A stretch of 64,000 nucleotides of DNA from Phoronis australis (Eukaryota > Animalia > Phoronida). Positions 60,701 to 64,000 of this stretch are shown here, piece by piece. How positions within the stretch are numbered: the stretch's first letter is position 1; each line of letters opens with the position of its first letter. Both the position numbers and the translations under genes were made by a program. The DNA is taken from positions 496,489-560,488 of the forward strand of contig NMRA01000164.1 in the NCBI GenBank assembly GCA_002633005.1. Direction: 5' to 3'. Under the pieces are notes generated by a model. The model did no database searches. It saw nothing but the letters and a program-made list of their open reading frames with translations, and was not told the origin of the DNA.

Positions 60701-63700
60701 CTGGTTATCATGCCCTGACATAAACTTGCAGACAAAAATCTCTCACCTTGTGTAGTGACTTATGTCGTACGGACTCACTGGCTTTATTAGAAATCGAAGT
60801 GCCTGATTCCTCAATGTGATGCTTATTCAGCGTGAATGGGCTTATAACCAATTTTGTTTCGACTCTTTATAATTTGTCTGACGGTGGCACCACCCCACTG
60901 AAATTGTTTGGCTTCTTACCATTGTGCCACGTGCTGAACATCGTGCAATTGATTTCAAACGGTTACCTGGTGGATTGGTTTAGCTCTACTCAGGTACTTG
61001 GGCGTATCTGGAGGGCATAACCCACCACTACATTTGTCTGGCATTATTTATTCTTGATACCTGGGCTTGCGACGAATATTTTGCAACTGGTTTGATGCGG
61101 CTACCTCTTGGGTTGATCTAGCTAAACTCAGGTATTTGGGCGTGTCTGGCGGGGCTAACCCACCTCTAGATTTGTCTGGCTGTGTTCATTCGGGATGCCT
61201 GGGCTCGCGATGAATATTTTGCAACTGGTTTCATGCAGTTACCTGTTGGATTGATCTAGCTCAAGTTTTTACCTTGTTTATTACCATCTGGCTGATACTC
61301 CCTACCACTGAAATTGTCTGGCAGTGACCAATTTTGACACAGCGGATTACGTAGTAGGTATCGAAGGCAGTTTGAAGTGGTTACCAGAAAAGTTGATTGA
61401 ATTCCATTCTCCTGGCTCCACACCCACCAGAGTGAACTTCCCAGACGGCCATTTCCAAGCATCAGGATACCCACAGACCACTGTGGTACCAAAGAAAATT
61501 GGTTACCTTTTCATGCCCAAAAAAGCTCTGGGATGCCGGTCTATGTGCATTGACTGGATCACTACTGTTCGTAGTTACTGTACTTGACCAAATGATAATT
61601 TGTGTTGAAATAGTTATGCATCTGTTGTTAACAGTCTAGATGACCCGTACTATGGTAACAACGTCGAACCAGTCAACAATGCAAGGCCACAGCCGTATGA
61701 AAACTTTGAGGTGCACTGGTCCAGGGAACCAGATTACCACTTCAAGGTCAGTTTCATAGTTACGCTTTGACACTTTGTTAGGTAACGTTTGTGAATTTGA
61801 TGTTTGAGCTGACTTAAAGTGCATCCAGGATGATTTGAAGCCTTAAAAGTAAATTTTTTGTTCAAGCATTTATTAAATTAATTGACTCATTAAAAGGGAA
61901 TATTTCCTTTTTTGATGGTGTTCAGTATATTGGTATTTTGGTATATTTTACTTATTCTGAGAGGTATTTGCACCTTTGTAGTTATTTTTATTAAAAACAA
62001 AATTAATTATAATTGTAATTATTCAGACTATACATGTGACGCTGTGACCAAGTTGCAAAACACCCATTATAGTAAATGAGATATGCTGCATTGAATAAAA
62101 ATGCCTACAAAATTGTTTATTCCCCTCGAATTGACATATTTTATTGCTGAAATTGGTGAGGTCCAAGACTTACTCAAAAAGATTTAGGACATATTAACAT
62201 CAGGCTAAAATCAAGTAGACTTTGCACTGCTTTGTTAGTATGTCTTCATAACAAGGTGAAGGCCAACATATTTTGAACTTTCCACTGCATTCTAGAGTTG
62301 CTTTCTGTTTCCATTTCAGGAGCGAGAGCCCTCCTTTGAGCGACCTCGCCATCTACGTAACCACAGACTTAGAGTGTCTCCCTCACCTGACAGGTATGTT
62401 ATAGGTGTTTTGCTAGATTATGGAATGCTTACTCGACAGCCATGCCGTTTTTAAACATTGAGGACTAAATTGATTCTTGTCACCAAATCCATTAATAACA
62501 TTGTAATTAGTGTTTATGCAGTCTCACTGTTTCTGTAATGAACCTGTTTTACGAATTGAGATACTCAACAGTGGTGTCCTGGGCCCGGTCTCCAATCTTT
62601 TTACTCGAAATGGAACTCGAAATTAGGTTTGGCATTTTCTACTCTACTTTTGGGCGAACTCAAGATAAGTGTCTATTATTCTATGCTCGAGTACATAATA
62701 ACATACGTAGATAATTTATTGCCCATAGTTCACACTTTGTAAAACCCAATATTAAAGCAATAAGTTCGAGTTTGAACTCGAAATTTCGAGTTTTTACTCG
62801 TGTTTGTAGCACGAGTATAAGGGTCTTCAAGGGCAAACTTGAACTAGAAACTCCTATGCATAAACTATAATGTATTCGAGCACAGTCTGATAACCAATTA
62901 TCTTAAGTTCGCTCAAAAGGAGCAGAGAAATTGCAAAAAATAGTTTTGAGTTCGTTTCGAGTACAAAGATTAGAGACCGGGCCCTGGTTCCATTGCAGTA
63001 CCTGATCACTGTTAGTTGGTCTTGTTTCACTCATTATTGCTTCTCACTTTTCTAGTCGTGTCAGGCGTAAACAGCGTGAGAGTCGAGAGGAGGTGCCTGT
63101 ACGTGATGGTTCAGCGCCTGTGAAGTCATCGGTCAAGGGAGACGAGTGGCATGACCCCTGGCAGAGAACAAATAAGGACCAGAAGGTCAAGAAAAAGGGA
63201 AGGTCACGCAGCGGTTCTCGTGGTCGCCGACGGGGGCGCTCCAGCAGTTACTCATCTTGGTCATCAAGGTCGGTCTTTTTTCTATATTTATTTTTTTTTG
63301 TATTTGTTTAGCTCTCCTGCAGTTGTCTGACAGGCAGTTATTACTTGGCATTCGCTTCTTACGTGTGGCAAAAACATTGTACTTTTGTGAATTCAAAAAC
63401 AGTTTCAGAAGCTATGCTATTTTTGTACCGTTAACCAGTATGATCTGATCTTTTGTCAAAATAGTGAGCATAAACGCAACATTTTATATGTTTAGTCAGC
63501 CTGTGTAGGTATACGTTTATTTGTTTTGTTCATGTTTTTCTTCCGCACGGCATTAGTGTTGGGAGTGGTGACCTTTGAACCCATTCCTAGGTGTTGAAGT
63601 TGTGATTGTTAGTGTTGTGTTACGTTTTGTTGCGGTTATGTTTTCAGATCGTCATCGCGCTCATCTTTTTCATCATATAGTAGCCGTTCATCCTACAGCA

Positions 63701-63725
63701 GATCATCTTCATCATATAGTTCACG
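53684..63725 (+). CDS. ZC3H18: ZC3H18 (CCCH zinc-finger protein 18, CBC-NEXT connector), 5' part of a spliced gene; continues beyond the right edge
   Basis: Exons 53684-54718, 55196-55270, 55776-55917, 56340-56530, 57022-57143, 61635-61746, 62320-62393, 63056-63268, 63648-63725, all in frame. Contains CRFYNRGHCTWGSNCRFLHPGVNDKGNYS, ESAWERGLRQAKE, DEWHDPW and an RS/S-rich tract. Confidence 0.93.
55196..55270 (+). CDS. ZC3H18: ZC3H18 exon (EGEADDDDDDEDGE...DDGEID)
   Basis: ttgcag / GAT|GTAAGT. Confidence 0.9.
55776..55917 (+). CDS. ZC3H18: ZC3H18 CCCH zinc-finger exon
   Basis: EEGEIKD...CRFYNRGHCTWGSNCRFLHPGVNDKG; tttcag / AAG|GTAGGT. Confidence 0.95.
56340..56530 (+). CDS. ZC3H18: ZC3H18 exon (NYSMLERP...ESAWERGLRQAKE)
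   Basis: ttccag / GAG|GTAATG. Confidence 0.93.
57022..57143 (+). CDS. ZC3H18: ZC3H18 exon (LMKKASQKKELETNIEEKRMNL...)
   Basis: tttacag / AT|GTGAGC. Confidence 0.88.
57551..61543. repeat. Long inverted repeat (arms about 57551-58026 and 60946-61543) in the intron after ZC3H18 coding exon 5
   Basis: Arms are diverged reverse complements, e.g. tagaccgg(g/c)atcccagagct, tttggtaccaca, ttttctggtaaccacttcaaactgccttc; right arm has an extra ~130-bp internal unit. Confidence 0.85.
61635..61746 (+). CDS. ZC3H18: ZC3H18 exon (LDDPYYG...YENFEVHWSREPDYHFK)
   Basis: ttaacag / AAG|GTCAGT; phases match neighbouring exons. Confidence 0.8.
62320..62393 (+). CDS. ZC3H18: ZC3H18 exon (EREPSFERPRH...VSPSPDS)
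   Basis: tttcag / AG|GTATGT. Confidence 0.8.
62582..62983. mobile_element. PIF/Harbinger-like MITE
   Basis: TIRs GGCCCGGTCTCCAATCTTT / AAAGATTAGAGACCGGGCC with imperfect pairing extending about 100 bp; 3-bp TSD CTG. Confidence 0.78.
63056..63268 (+). CDS. ZC3H18: ZC3H18 exon (...KGDEWHDPWQR...RSRSGSRGRRR...)
   Basis: ttttctag / AG|GTCGGT. Confidence 0.88.
63648..63725 (+). CDS. ZC3H18: ZC3H18 Ser/Arg-rich exon (SSSRSSFSSYSSRSSYSRSSSSYSSR)
   Basis: ttttcag / CG|GTAAGT. Confidence 0.85.
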
Positions 63726-64000
63726 GTAAGTAGGCTAGAGGCAGCTGTTGGCAACCTGCATGTTAGATGTCCTCACTTCCTGACATCGTCGAGCGATTAG
63801 TCTGTCACCATTGTTAAACCGAGTGCATATATGTTAAACTTGTGACTTGAATGGATGGACTAACATCCAGAAAGTGCAGAAAATGGTTACATTGTACCTC
63901 AAGTGTATGGCTATGTCACATTGGAATTTCAGGTATGCCGAGTGCATTGTTACTTGGTGCATCATATCACTGAAGCGACATTTACATTTATTTCTTGTGA

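Noticed and set aside
1-64000. Intronic snoRNAs, U12-type introns or selenocysteine recoding
   Set aside because: I found no C/D box pairs with terminal stems, no RTATCCTT donors and no in-frame TGA in the four CDSs by eye. A covariance-model search (Infernal/Rfam) is needed to exclude ncRNAs.

Overview
Eukaryotic (metazoan, probably invertebrate) AT-rich genomic DNA, not prokaryotic. Reading splice sites and frames by hand gives four intron-rich genes, all for nuclear pre-mRNA processing factors, in two head-to-head pairs whose inner genes meet tail-to-tail. They are PPIL2/Cyp60 (- strand, 5' seven exons, runs off the left edge), PCIF1/CAPAM cap-specific m6Am methyltransferase (+, 13 coding exons, about 652 aa, with WW domain and NPPF motif), CTNNBL1 (-, 15 coding exons, about 544 aa) and ZC3H18 (+, at least 9 coding exons, runs off the right edge). 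Introns carry many non-autonomous DNA elements: hAT-like elements with 5-bp and 6-bp target-site duplications (one nested in its own family), Tc2-like and Harbinger-like MITEs, a long inverted repeat, tRNA-derived fragments and minisatellites. Three tandem duplications joined by a single N, one repeating three PPIL2 exons, look like haplotype assembly artefacts. The best leads are the gene cluster itself, a candidate frameshifting poison exon in CTNNBL1, a GC-AG intron followed by a minisatellite of cryptic GT donors in PCIF1, and the YY1/uORF architecture shared by both bidirectional promoters. No clearly new biological system can be demonstrated from sequence alone. Gene identities rest on recalled similarity to vertebrate orthologues, not on a database search.
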